From NCBI GenBank assembly GCA_010015585.1, contig ML975160.1: a stretch of DNA of 64,000 bases, one strand, 5' to 3'. Both the position numbers and the translations under genes were made by a program. Positions within the stretch are counted from its first letter, which is position 1; every line of letters begins with the position of its first letter. The notes under the pieces are model-generated. The model made no database searches, was not told the DNA's origin, and saw only the letters and a program-made list of their open reading frames with translations. The DNA comes from Eremomyces bilateralis CBS 781.70. Lineage: Eukaryota. Of the stretch, positions 1-12,480 are shown piece by piece.

Positions 1-1425
1 ACGGCATGTCATGAACACCTATGATCTAGTCAGAGGACAATGTCGAAGCGGGGGACTGGGATACTGGAGACACATGTACTTACTCTCTCGAACGCTGTGG
101 AGCAAGCTCGTGGATGAGTTGCTACGAAGATGGGTTTCTGAGACATATTGCTCGTGTATAAGTGCCGTAGATCGGTAGATCCTAGGCTCTAACCTCTTGG
201 TTCTCAATGAAAAAAGGTGAGATGGGCAACGGATGGGTTGGTGCACCCAGCGACAAGGCGGTCTTTGTATGAAATCCTACCTTCAGATCGCGTTCTCGAG
301 ATACGGGTAGACGGGTTAGTCGATCCATTACGTGGAGCTGTCAGGCTCAGGGAGATCTGCCAGGGCACCAGTTAGACGGAAGCCCTAGAAAAGAAAAGGA
401 CCACCGTCCCAGCCAACAGGGCGACCAGTGGATCAGAACCATCTCGACTTACGGAACAGAAACCGGGATGATTGGGTTCACAAATTGGGGGAATGGGCCA
501 AGCTGGTGTAAGAAGAAGGCAGCGTACCATAATTTACAGTGGAGGAAACCTCCTTGATGTGGTGGTGTGGACTGCAGTGGTGCTGTGCATGGTGGACTGC
601 AGTGGTCGCGTGGGTCGTGGGACGTTCATGCGGGACGCTTCCGGTTCTATTTCCAACCTCTTTGGTTCAATCCAGCTCTCTTTGGTTCATTCAAGGATTT
701 CAAGGTCTCTCGTTTTGCCATCAACTTGCATCGACGTCACAGCTGCAAGAAAACTCTGCAGTTGATACCAATGTCCATGTATTATCCCTGCTAGTCGATA
801 AATGACGGAGGGGAGATGTCGTCCTGAGTCCTGTCTTGATCATCCTGTACTCGGTGTTGCCGTCTCATGGAGTCTGGATCCGATTCTTCTCTGTGTTCTG
901 GATGGTGCACCTCCCTGGTTGACCGAGTGATCGACATGGATAGATAGGATAGGAACAGGGCGTGAACCCATGACGATGACTTGTTCCTATCGCCTGGCAG
1001 GATGACTATCGTTTGCTGCGGGTCATGCTTCGTTAACCTGTCATTTGTTCGTCATTCAGCAGGAGAAGTACTTCTGCAGCCAGCGACTTCATCACGCGTG
1101 TGCAGGTATCTAATATCTCTCTCGTCACGGATGGACAAGCATCCTGTGGGGGTGGCTGAACCGGTGAAGACCGACCAACTGACTCCGATGTTCAAGAATA
1201 TTGGACGGAGCTGGTGTACTGGCGCAGCTACCTGTTGGGGAGGTATACAAAGGATATACAAAGGAACAATATGATCTCTGACATGGCTTCGATATGTTGA
1301 ATGGACACAGGAACTCCCCCTTCATTCGAGCAGAATGGATGCCAGCCGGCAAGCGATGATTCGATACTTCAGGGAATCATACCAAATCTCAGAACCGTAA
1401 GTGAGAACAACAGTAGGATATTGCA

Positions 1426-2850
1426 ATGGCTTTCACGATGTTCTTCGTATCTCATCGAAGAGCCCTTATCATAGTCCTTGTCTTCGTCTTCCTATATCTG
1501 TCAACTTCCTTTCGCAATGTCAAAAGTCCTTCATTACTCGGTCTAAGTTCCACCCCTTCGCTCAATCCGCAACGACATCCGATAGAACATCTCATCCTCG
1601 AGGCGCTCAGTGACTTCCAACGTATATTGGAACACGAGTCCCATACGCTGAGCGATGCGGCAAAAGCATACCGCCAACGACGGGGTCGACATCCGCCTCC
1701 GCAATTCGATTCCTGGTTCAAGTTCGAGGAGTCCCAGAACGCAACCATCATCGAGGAGCTGTTCGACCAGATCTACGAGGACTTGGAGCCGTTCTGGGGG
1801 ATGTCCCAGATGGGCGTCCGGCAAGCGGCGAGGAGGGTCGATATGAGGAAAATTCGGATCCACGATGGCGTCGTGACTGGCGAAGGAGATACGGACGACG
1901 GGGATTTGCATCGATGGGTGCAGGCGCTGTCGAATATCTCCGTGTCGTTACCAGACGTCACACTACCGATCAATGGAATGACGCAGGCCCGCGTGCTCGC
2001 CAGCTGGGAAGACGTGTGTGCCAGTATGGCCACAGCCTCCCGATCGGAGACTTCGCCTTCAGAAACGAAGCGGGAATTCAACCGCCCCAAGGATACCGAA
2101 GACCTGCTCGAAATCGGCAACCCGGACTGGATTAGAAATTAGCCGTACTGGCAACTCCTCCACCCCGCCTGCCCACCCATCAGCCCAGCCCGCCAGGGCG
2201 GCGAAAAATACCCCCCCTCCGATCCTGAGGACGCCATCGCCATCCTCCCGAGCCACCTGGTGCCATACTCCTACCGCGGCTACATCTCCACTGGAAGCAC
2301 GCGACGTCCCCCTGCTACCGGCCCCCATTCTCCGGATCCCGTTCCTGGCACCACGCCCACTCCGACGTCGCCTTCGCCCACCTCGATTGCCCCGAAACCG
2401 TCACGAACGCCTCCACTCCATCCACGGAAACCAGCGCACCATGCCCGCAACTCGCCTCCTTCCATCCGACAGCACCCCACCCCTCCCCCTTCACCCACCG
2501 CCTCATCTCCCACCTCGACCCCTCCCCCTCCCCGTCCACCCCTTCCCCCCTCGCCGCCCACCACAGCACCTCCGCCCCCGTTCTCTCCACGCTCTACCGC
2601 ACCTGACTCACGACGCGCCTAGTCCCCTTGGTGCACTTCATCCCCGTCGACACCTCGTTTTCGGATCTCCCCGAGATGCTGCGGTTTTTTTTGCGGGAGC
2701 GCGACGATTTGGCAGGGTGGATTGAGCGGGGTGGGAGGGCGTAGGGGGGAGGGTGGCGCGGAGGGAGGACGCGTGGGTGTATGTGTATTGGCTGTTGTCG
2801 GAGTTCGCAAGGGTGTGTGATGGGGGGGGGGGAGATGGGATGCTCACAGG
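1426..2850 (+). pseudogene. Glycosyltransferase family 90 (CAP10-like) pseudogene
   Basis: ORF 1426-2142 has a TM anchor followed by HPIEHLI...AYRQRRGRHPPPQFDSW...FDQIYEDLEPFWG, typical of fungal GT90. Homology continues past TAG 2140 (PYWQLLHPACPPISPAR...YRGYIS), a frameshift at ~2290 (WKHATSPCYRP...SDVAFAHLDC), TGA 2604 (RLVPLVHFIPVDTSFSDL), TAG 2742 and a frameshift in a G-run (RREDAWVYVYWLLSEFARVCD). Hydrophobic fragments at ~470-1100 may be a decayed N-terminal part. Confidence 0.85.
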
Positions 2851-3053
2851 GACGTGGATGGAGCGGGAAAAGCATTTGGAATAATCTCTAATAGATGGAG
2901 AGTCTACGGACGGAGATGCATGCAGTTTTCTTCGACAGAGTAATCTCGACATTCGACCCCAAATGCAACCCAGGTACGTGCATTGCACACTATATCATGC
3001 CTTGCAACCTGCACCATCCATTCAACCTCATGAATTTCGATGCCATCCCTAAC

Positions 3054-4781
3054 CTACGCGTACCACTCCCCACTCAACCACCGATTAAGCATATCCAAGC
3101 TCGCCTCGGGCTGATCGTGCGGGATCATGTGCCCACCCGCATGGAGGGTCATGAACGTGAAATTCCCGTGGCTCTTCACCTCGCCGATCTTCTTGCTGCT
3201 GGCGGACAGCGTTAGGTCCTCGAGCGGGAGGCTCGCGAACTCCTTGTGGCCGGGCCACTCGAGCGCTTCGGCCCAGGCTTTGTTGCCGAGCCAGTTGCAG
3301 ATGTAATCGGCGTCGCCCTGGGGAAATGCGTTAGCGTTTAGAAATACGGGGGGTCAGGGGGCGAACTTACGGCGTAGATGAGCACGGGGATTTGCTCCAG
3401 GATTCCAGGGACAACGCGGTGGAATGGCTTCATCCAGTCGCCCTGGAACAGGAAGTTCCGGTTGATATCATTGTTACAGCCCTCGTAGGTATCGACCTCG
3501 GCACCCACCGCCTCCATCACGTCCCTCTGGTTCAGATAGTCGCCGATCCAGCCAATTTCACTGTAGCACAGGCTGCTGGGGTCCTCACACTGGGCGCGCA
3601 CATCGTATACGTTCTGACCGGTGCGCTGGTACGGCCCAATCATGGCGTTGTTGCAGTAGATGCTCGCCGGCACGCACTGCCAGACGCTCTCGCTGTCGTA
3701 GCAGCCCTGGATCAAGCTCGCGCATCGCGGATAGGCGTTGTCCATCGATTGGCAGGAGCCCTCGTCCAAGACTGCCGGCCAGCCGCCCTCGCCGCAGGCC
3801 ATGGGCTTGTAGTACTCGTACTGCACCAACCCGTCCGTCAAACCGTTGCCGATCATGATGGACTTGAGGTTGATGTTGCGTTTCTTGTGGGCGAGGATCT
3901 CGGAGGTGAAGACCGGGATGTAGTGTCCGCCGTATGATTCACCAGCGATGTGGAAGTCTTGGGTGGCGTATTCGGGGAATTGCTTGAAGAAGAGGGTGAG
4001 CAGCGCATAGACGTCCTTGCCGGCCGCGACCGTGTTGCTCACGGATTTGCTGCTGTAGGAGTAGCCCACGTTAACAGGCTGGTCGAGGAAGATCACGGAG
4101 GCGTTGGCGTTCCAGGAGAAGGGGTTGTAGTCGGCCTTGATGTCCTTGTTGATCCATGATGGGCCGAGTTCCATGAAGAGACCAGTGAGAGAGGAGCAGC
4201 CTGGGCCGCCGTTGAGCCAGAGGATGACGGGGTCGTTCTTAGGATCGTTTCTTGACTCGAAGAACCCTTCATCCAGTTAGCTTAGTGTCACTTCACCGAG
4301 CATGCTCCGAAGGTCACTCACAGTAGAACAGATGTTTGTCATCCTCATCGTTATCCAAATACCCGCTATACTGCTTCACCGAGTCGATATTAAGCGTCGA
4401 CGGGTCAACAGCCTTGGTCCGCATGCTATACGGCTCGAGATGGCCATCGATCTCCCGCTCCTTCTCGCCGTTGGCGTTCTCGACCCAGACCTTCTGGATA
4501 TCCTCACCCTTCAAGATATGGTCCCACTCCGAGTTGGGCCTCCGCTTGTGAGGCTTTGGCATCGACAGGAGGTTTGCCTTATCGAACGACTCGGGGAACA
4601 TCATGCTCATCTCGTTCCAGAGATCCTTCACATCGGACGAGAGGGAGCCGAAGGACTCCTCCAGCTCGTGCAACGGCTTGGACCATCCTTCCATGAGCTG
4701 CTCGGACATCTGCAGAACCTGCTGTGGAAGGACAGATGCCGAAGCTGCTCCTGCAAGGAGCGCGGTGGTGGAAAGCTTCAT
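3054..4781 (-). CDS. PRC1: Carboxypeptidase Y (serine carboxypeptidase S10), 3 exons
   Basis: Signal and propeptide, then [19 protein letters not shown], catalytic [17 protein letters not shown] and HAGGHMIP. Introns at ~4267-4321 and ~3318-3371; stop TAG at 3054-3056. Confidence 0.96.
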
Positions 4782-5349
4782 GATGGGCGGTTAGACAACA
4801 GTCGGGGTTTCGGAGTCACTGCTGTCTTGGGGGGTTATCGGTGACGTCTTGGAGTGCCAGCTCGTGGCTATGTCAAAGAAGAGAGACAAAGGGGGGTTGA
4901 AGGAGGAACAGGAAGATTTACGAAGGAGGGAATCTGGGAGAGAGTTTAAGCAGGAATGGGGATGAGGATGGAAGCTTCAGTAATCAAGCTCTGAGAGTTG
5001 AGACAACGGAGTAGGTAGGTGCCGCAGTGACAACAGGATAAGCCACAGGGTCATCTGGGGGTTCGACTTGATTACCTGAAATGGGGGGAGACGCTCGGCC
5101 ATTGGCGGTTGCGACGGCGATGACGAATGACTCCACGTGATCCATGTCGCTTTCCGTATGTGGCCTTGGCGCCGCATTTCAAACCTTGATTCCTTAGTGC
5201 CTTGATGCCTTGATACCTCATATTGATATCATCCCTCCATCCCAGAACTGCACCCGATGAGCCTGACCAGAGCGGGGGAAGGATTTACATGGACAACTTG
5301 ACGAGAATTTGTTGAATCACCAATATCAGTTTCTAACGAGCCCGTCAAA

Positions 5350-6405
5350 ATGCCCGTTGGAATCATTCAAGTACGTTGTGCTTTCAAGCGTCTCGCAGAC
5401 CTCTTTCACTAACTGCTCCAGCCGTCGAACTTCATCAAGCTCACCAATGTGTCCCTCGTGCGGATGAGACGAGGTGAGCACAATCCCGGACGTCTTCATG
5501 GCGGTATACATGACCGAATGCTCTAACACTCGGAGTCAGGCAAAAAACGCTTCGAGATCGCCTGCTACAAAAATAAAGTCCTCGAATGGCGGTCCGGCGT
5601 GGAAAAAGACCTCGACAACGTCCTCCAGATCCACAACGTCTTCCTGAACGTCAGCAAAGGCCAGGTGGCGTCGTCCGATGATCTAAAGAAGGCGTTCGGC
5701 GCCAAGAAACTGGACGACATTATCCTCGAGGTGCTGAGCAAGGGCGAGCTGCAGGTCGGCGAGAAGGAGCGGAACGCCCAGCTCGATCGGATTCGTCATG
5801 AGGTGCTGGATATCGTCGCGGGCAAGCTCGTCGATCCGAAGACGAAGCGGGTATATACCACCGGAATGATCGAGAAAGCCCTGGATCAGCTGAGCTCGCA
5901 AAGCTCACATTCCGCCCATCCGCCCAAATCTGCTCCAACTAGCGGTGAAGCTGCTACGAGCGAGCCGGCGGGAACGGCCGCAGCTGGTGTGAAAGAGAAA
6001 GACCTGCCCGTTTGGACGGGCGTGGTGACTACGAAATCCTCGAAATCACAAGCCTTGGATGCCATGAAGGCGCTGATTGCCCATCAACCGATCCCGCTAG
6101 CACGGGCACGAATGAAGCTTCGGATCACCTGTCCAACCGGCATCTTGAAGCAAGCGTTCAAAGCACCAAAACCAGCAGATGGGGACGGCGAGGGAGCCGA
6201 GAAGGCAAGTGGGACGGTCAAGGAGCGAATCTTGGGCTTAATCGAACAAGTGGAGTCACAGGATGTGGTGGGGGATGACTGGGAGGTCGTGGGTTTCGTA
6301 GAACCAGGCGCCTATAGGACGTTGACGGACTTCATTGGCAGCCACACGAAGGGGAAAGCCCGGGCGGAGGTGCTGGATATGGCAGTGATCCATGATGGCG
6401 ATTGA
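5350..6405 (+). CDS. SDO1: Ribosome maturation factor SBDS/Sdo1, 3 exons
   Basis: Spliced N-terminus MPVGIIQ|PSNFIKLTNVSLVRMRR|GKKRFEIACYKNKVLEWRSGVEKDLDNVLQ, then KGELQVGEKER. Confidence 0.96.
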
Positions 6406-6631
6406 ACGAGGATTATACTGCTTGTTAATGTGTAGATCACGGTCATGAGATACCCACACGATGCAATGACAGAAGCCGTTGACCCTTGATTTTAATCCAT
6501 GATTTGACTGTACGCAGGCTGCCGATATATAGGCTAGCCAGTCCACAACCGTGCTGATGCTAATTTTTGGCGATCCACCATGAGCAGTAACAGACGAACT
6601 CCAATCTCCCCATGCCAGTAGTATGAGACGT

Positions 6632-7216
6632 TCAACCCTTCTTCTTGGACACACCGACAGTCCGTCCTCTTCGGCCCGTCGTCTTGGTGTGCTGGCCACG
6701 GACGCGGAGGCCCCAGTAGTGACGCAGACCACGGTGGGCGCGGATCTTCTTCAGTCGCTCCAGATCGTCGCGCAGCTTGCTGTCCACGCCGTTGGCCAGG
6801 ACCTGGGAGTCTTTGCCATCGACGACGTCACGCTGCCTGTTGAGGAACCAGGTGGGGATCTTGTACTGGGTCGGGTTTTGGATGATGGTGACGAGTCGCT
6901 CGAGTTCTTCGGAGGTGAGCTCGCCGGCGCTGTGAGAGATGGGAATTAGAACTTTTTCGAAGTCGATGGGAGATCCGGGACGGTATACCGCTTGTTGAGA
7001 TCAACATCGGCCTTCTTGCAGACCAAGTTGGAGTATCGTCGACCGACACCCTTGATCTTGGTCAAGGCGTACATGACCTTCTGCTTTCCATCGACATTGG
7101 TGTTCAGAAGTCGCAGCTGTTCCACGGTCAGTCGCACTCGAACGGGTAAATGGAATACCAGCGGCTTGGCTTACGATGAACTGGAAGTTCGACTTCTCTC
7201 CCGTGACGAGAGACAT
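6632..7216 (-). CDS. RPS18: 40S ribosomal protein S18 (uS13), 3 exons
   Basis: [24 protein letters not shown]...[21 protein letters not shown]...[26 protein letters not shown]. Confidence 0.98.
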
Positions 7217-7310
7217 GATGGGCGATGGATCGTGGGTGTCAGAATGCGCGGAGATGCTACCCGTGAAGTTGCGATCGTGATATGGAAGTGGAGGATTTTG
7301 GTGCGGACGC

Positions 7311-7402
7311 TTCGCTTGAGTGGCATCACGTGAAGGGCGGGCACGTGTATGGACCCCTGCAATTTTCAAAATTCATGGGCCGCACTGATTGGCTGCGATG
7401 AC
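7311..7402. promoter_or_regulatory. RPS18/AAH1 divergent promoter module (CACGTG x2, CCAAT, CCCCTGCA, TTCGCTTGAGTGG)
   Basis: Motifs read directly from the sequence; the same set recurs at 41623-41683 upstream of RPL17/NOP1. Confidence 0.55.
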
Positions 7403-7596
7403 GCTAGCCATTTCGAGGTCGACCGCTCCAGTTAGACTCCACACTGGAGACTCCTTTCAGAGATAAAACGAACTCGAAACTCGGTGACTTCCGACACAGC
7501 AATTTGAAAGTTACCTATAAATCCCGAAATCCCCCTTCGACATGAGGTTAAGATGGACCTACATATACATTTTGTAAAATTTAGAAAACAGAAAAT

Positions 7597-8734
7597 ATGT
7601 GCAAGTCGAGTGAGCAACACGCCTTCTTGGCCGCCCTGCCAAAGGTCGAGCATCATATCCATCTCGAGGTACGGAAATACCTCACCCACGGTTCCGATTA
7701 CCAGGAAATGAATCTGATGATTCTAGGGCGCCCTTTCTCCTGAACTCCTGTTCAAGCTTGCTGAAAAGAACCAAATCCCTCTTCCTACCGATGACCCTTC
7801 ATTCGCGTCCATTGAGTCCTTGAAACTCCGCTACACACGATTCACCTGTCTCGATGACTTCCTGAATTATTACTATATTTGCATGAACGCGCTCATCACG
7901 GAAGATGACTTTGAAATGCTGGCGTGGGATTACTTCACCCGTGCCAAATCCGATGGCGTTCATCACGTGGAAGCGTTCTTCGATCCTCAGGCGCATCTCA
8001 GTCGAGGCGTCGCGTATGCCACGATAGTCGATGGTCTCAATGCGGCGCGCTCAAGGGCCGAATCCGAACTAGGAATCACCAGTCTCCTAACGTCATGTTA
8101 CCTGAGACATCTCCCCGTCCACGAGAGCGTGGCCACGTTCAAATCGCCCGAGGTTCAGGAGCACTACAAGAACGGCTCCGTGATCGGCGTAGGCCTATGT
8201 TCCTCCGAAAACAATCCGCCGACCTTGTGGTCCGAGATCTTTCAGGAGGCGTCCTCGATCGGGTTGAAGCTTACAGCGCACGCTGGTGAAGAGGGACCGG
8301 CGGAATACCTCGCAAACGCGCTGGATCACCTCGGCGTGACTCGTATCGATCACGGGATACGGCTCGGTCTCGACCACGATCCAGACCTGATGAAAAGGGT
8401 TGTGGACAACAATATCCTCCTCACCGTGTGCCCTGTTAGCAACGTGGTCCTACGGTGCGTCCCGCACATTTCCCATGTTCCGATCCGTAAGTTCATCGAC
8501 GCGGGTGTCAAATTCAGTGTCAACAGTGACGACCCTGCATATTTTGGGGCGTACATCCTTGACTGCTTCTGTGCGGTCCAAGAAACGTTTGATCTCAGTC
8601 GGAAGGAATGGGAAACGATCACGACAAATTCAATTGAGCATAGCTGGTGCAGTGCGGACCGGAAGTCTGATTTGCTGGACGCTCTCAGCGTTGTCATGAA
8701 CACCCACGGGGCCAGAGATATAACTTTAAACTAG
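7597..8734 (+). CDS. AAH1: Adenine deaminase (adenosine/AMP deaminase family), 2 exons
   Basis: LPKVEHHIHLE|GAL metal motif, FFDPQAH, TAHAGEEG, RIDHG and NSDDPAYFG. Confidence 0.93.
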
Positions 8735-9377
8735 GTAAAATCTACCAGTAGCCCATCATACTTAAAAAAAGTCATTCACAAGCTGCTACCCGGGCATTCC
8801 ACCCCCTAAGCAGCTTTCGATTGTATTGGCAATGGCTGAAATCACACCAACCTACGCATGGGTGGTGGTCTCAACGGATTACAGAGATGAGTCTCAGTCC
8901 AACCTAAAGAGGAAATGACATTGATATCTGAGTGCCTATTAAGAGGATCGTCCCAAGCAATATCATCTGATCGCCTGTTACCTTTCAGTCCACTTCATTC
9001 TTCATCTTCCGCGACTTGAGTCTTCGAATAGCACCAAACTCTCATGATCGATGCATCTTCATGTGCTAATTGAGACAGAGCCTCCTGTCTAGACTCATGA
9101 GAAACCTCACATTCTTCTATGCGAACATCATGGAACCGTCAGATGTCAAATGTCTGACAGGAGCACACGGGCCCAAACGCATGTGGATGCCTTTCATATG
9201 CTCACTGAATTTATCGATCCCTTCTTTCTCATCTCATCCATCACTAAATTTACTGCTATCGATGCCATCCTTCTCACCTAATTCATCACTGGATTTACCT
9301 ACATCCTACTCTTTCCAACCCAATACTACTGGAATAAAGACGCCTGAGTTTCATTTGAACCGTCATATTAGTGATCA

Positions 9378-10509
9378 ATGGCTCCTACCTCGCGTATCCA
9401 AACGTAAGTTAAGGTCTCTTTTCCCTCTACTCGAGATTATACCTATTTTCTCTTCTAAAAATACATTATCAGAGATCAAACGAACTAATCCTCTCCAGAA
9501 CAGAATCGCGTTACCGACTACGGAAAGGTCCATTACGGGACTACAACATAGATGCCTACTATAACGCTCGGGAACCTTTGTACAGAAGTCCAATCTGATA
9601 TAGTGTCCAAGAAGCTGCTGAAGGTATGAGACATGACCGGATCCGTGACCCTTCGACTTTCTCGTGAGAACGATATATAGGAGATGCTAACCACACTGAC
9701 TAGGCAGTGGAGAACGAGACGTCTCGCCCCCGAGTCGAGGGTCAAGCCGGAACGACAGCGTCCTTCCGGGTAAGGAACTTCCGCTATTTCCCATTTTGAT
9801 ATAAAGGCATCTAACAGAATACCTACTAGGGGACGATAACAGAGGATCCAATGGAAGCCCCCCCAATCTCGGTCCCCAAGATACTGCCATCTTTACGGGT
9901 ACGAGTGGAGGCGACGGCATGGAAACCAGTGCAAACCCTCCTAATCCCGATCCCCAGGAGACTTCCGTACCTATGGGTGCGAGTGGCGATGTTCGCTCGG
10001 GACTGCAACTTGTTCTATTTTCTACTTGATAAAGCACCATCTAACAGAACACAGGAAGCGGCGAAGCCAGTGGAAGATCCCAATCGCCCAGGCCCCGAGT
10101 GAATGATGGAAACCAGGTCAACCATCTAAGCACTGACGGCGACGAACACGACCAGGAATACCGCGATGACATCATTCAACTTCGCAAAGCGAATGTTTCC
10201 GAAGCTCTTTCTCTAGCACAGAGAAATATCGAGACGACTTTAAAGATCATAGCGAAATATCGAAGCAAGTTGAAACAACAGAACCGCGAAATACAGCGGC
10301 TAAAGGAAACAATTGCCTTATCAGGCAACGAGAAAAAGGAACACCAGCAGGCCATGAATGAAAAAAACGAAGAGAACACGGCTTTGGCAACAGAAATCAA
10401 AGAGCTAAGGGATGAGCTTCATGGCGTCTACGAGGGATTTGAGCATTTCAATAAGAGATTAGCGACTGGGCGCGCCAAATATGACTCAGTTCGACAAGAG
10501 CGCGCATGA
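9378..10509 (+). pseudogene. Five-exon orphan coiled-coil gene with a single in-frame TGA
   Basis: ATG 9378; introns 9404-9498, 9624-9703, 9770-9829 and 9977-10054 splice in frame into the coiled-coil ORF 10099-10509. The only disruption is TGA at 9596-9598. Confidence 0.6.
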
Positions 10510-11480
10510 ATGGAAGGGGTGCGGGCAAAGGCATACGCGGAAGTTCTGATGATGATATTTGTGGATATTCAGTCGGATCCTGTACAAGAAGATCTACTGT
10601 AGGAGGCTACTCGCAAGACAGTGAACACAACTCAGCCGACCACACTTATGTACTTTAGATACTATGGTGGTTGGTACTGAACAGTAACAAGGACAGGAAT
10701 TCGTACGAATATGGCTCTGAACCTCAATACTTGCCTATAGTGGCCGGGTTAAATGAGTCATATGTTGTACAATTGCTCTCGTGTTCAGTAGTCATCTGAA
10801 TATATCTTCGTTAGGGACACAAACTCGTCTGAACTAAATATTCCGAAGTTTCAATGTTACAATCTGACCCAAGGACTGCCGAAGCGGCAATTCTTTCATC
10901 GCAAAAACGATCTCTCTGGTAAAGGGGGATATATTGGAGGGAGCAGTGGGATGGCTGCTGGTGATGATAGAACATTTGCTGCCTCGGAAGCTCTACCTTC
11001 ACTCTTGTTGGTATTGGCTCCAGACCTCCAGTGCTCAGTGCTGAGGTTGGTGTTGGTGATTGTTGATATACAGGGCTCGATCACAGAAACCGTCAATTGA
11101 CCATTGCAGAACTAAGCACATTGGGCACGGAACTCTGACTGGCAAGGGAGCGAGGCTTAGCGACCGTTTAGATTTAAATGTTTAAGGAATAGAGGTTACA
11201 ATAGGAAGGCTCCTATACTAAAGCAATATAATATATAGGCGTAGCTTTCAGATATATTGCGCTAGGGCAACCCGACGGGCCCTCATCGGCAATCTTCGCC
11301 AGATTCCGTGGAAGTATGCCGTTTGTTCGTTACGAAGAGATTGATAGAAGGCTTGTATACATTAATCTGGGATTCGGAAGATCTTGCCGTAGAGTGATGG
11401 CGGGGACATAGATTGGATGACATTACCCCAGGATCCGTGTGTGGTACCCGCGATACATCCTAGCGGCCATGTCGCGTTAA

Positions 11481-12480
11481 CTATTCCGACTGGGGAGACT
11501 TCATTCCATGTAATCCTTTGTAGTCTGGGCATTTAGACTCCTCCCAATCGCGGAGCACCTCGTTTCTCGCGTGCCTAGGAATCTCGAATACCTCTACCTT
11601 AATTGGCCTGCAGACATCTTCCATGGCCCCATCGTCGCCCCAGCCCCAGTTCGAGAGGTCCCCACCAGGGCATGTGGAGAGTGCGCAGAGGAGAGGTTGC
11701 TCAGCGAAAAACTCGATATATGTGTCACCGGTTGCTGGCGAAGCGCGCCTGACCACATTTCGTTAAGGGCCAGCAATTTATGACCGTCCACGTGGTACTC
11801 ACATAAAGTATTTGCCTTCTTCATCCAGACCCGTGACCTGGAACACATTGAGAACATCATGGACATCGAACTCAGTGAGCCCATATGGCAGGACAGCGCG
11901 TGTCAGGTTCGAATGGCAGTGGAGATCGAAGTCATCATTCGTTATAAGCTTATTGACTGAGGCAGTAGGGTTAGACATATGGACTTGACCAATCTATCAA
12001 GATTCGAAAATGATATGCGTAGGCCGGTTGATACCATTTATGATGTTACCTACCGTATGGATCGCACCTGGTGCCTAGGAGATCGTGACATCTCCCCCCA
12101 ACAGCGTCAACGCCATAGTCGGCGAGTGAATCAGCGATGATCGTGACCATCGGTCTCATGAAGGGCAAGGAGCTCCACAACCGATTCCCCACGCTTACAT
12201 GGCTTTTTTCCAGCTGACGAGTACGACTCGCCCATAGTCGTTCCCGTGGGTTATGCATATTCCACAAATTGAAGTCTCCCACCTGCGGACCCTCGGGAGT
12301 GGAGAGGCGCAAGATGGCTCCAGCGGGAACATGCCAAGCCTTCCCCGAACGAGGAGGAATCAGAAACTCGGTAACGAGAGTCCTAGACGACGCATCACCG
12401 GCCGTGGCTGCGATGCGATCATATAGATCCCTGTTGATTGGAGGCGAGGTGTAAGCTGGCCGAGGTCGGGGATTGGACAT
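11481..12480 (-). CDS. DUF1989 (urea carboxylase-associated / Tdm N-terminal-like) Zn-binding protein, 3 exons
   Basis: PPRSGKAW...EGPQVGDFNLWN...ERLWASRTRQ...HDLLGTRCDPY|...HCHSNLTRA...HDVLNVFQVTG|...LSTCPGGD, with the Cys triad of the family. Confidence 0.88.

Noticed and set aside
2260..2622. Pro-rich extensin-like ORF
   Set aside because: It is an off-frame reading of the C-rich GT90 pseudogene.
2140..2744. Premature TAG/TGA codons as A-to-I editing-corrected stops
   Set aside because: Accompanying frameshifts and a deletion indicate true pseudogenisation.
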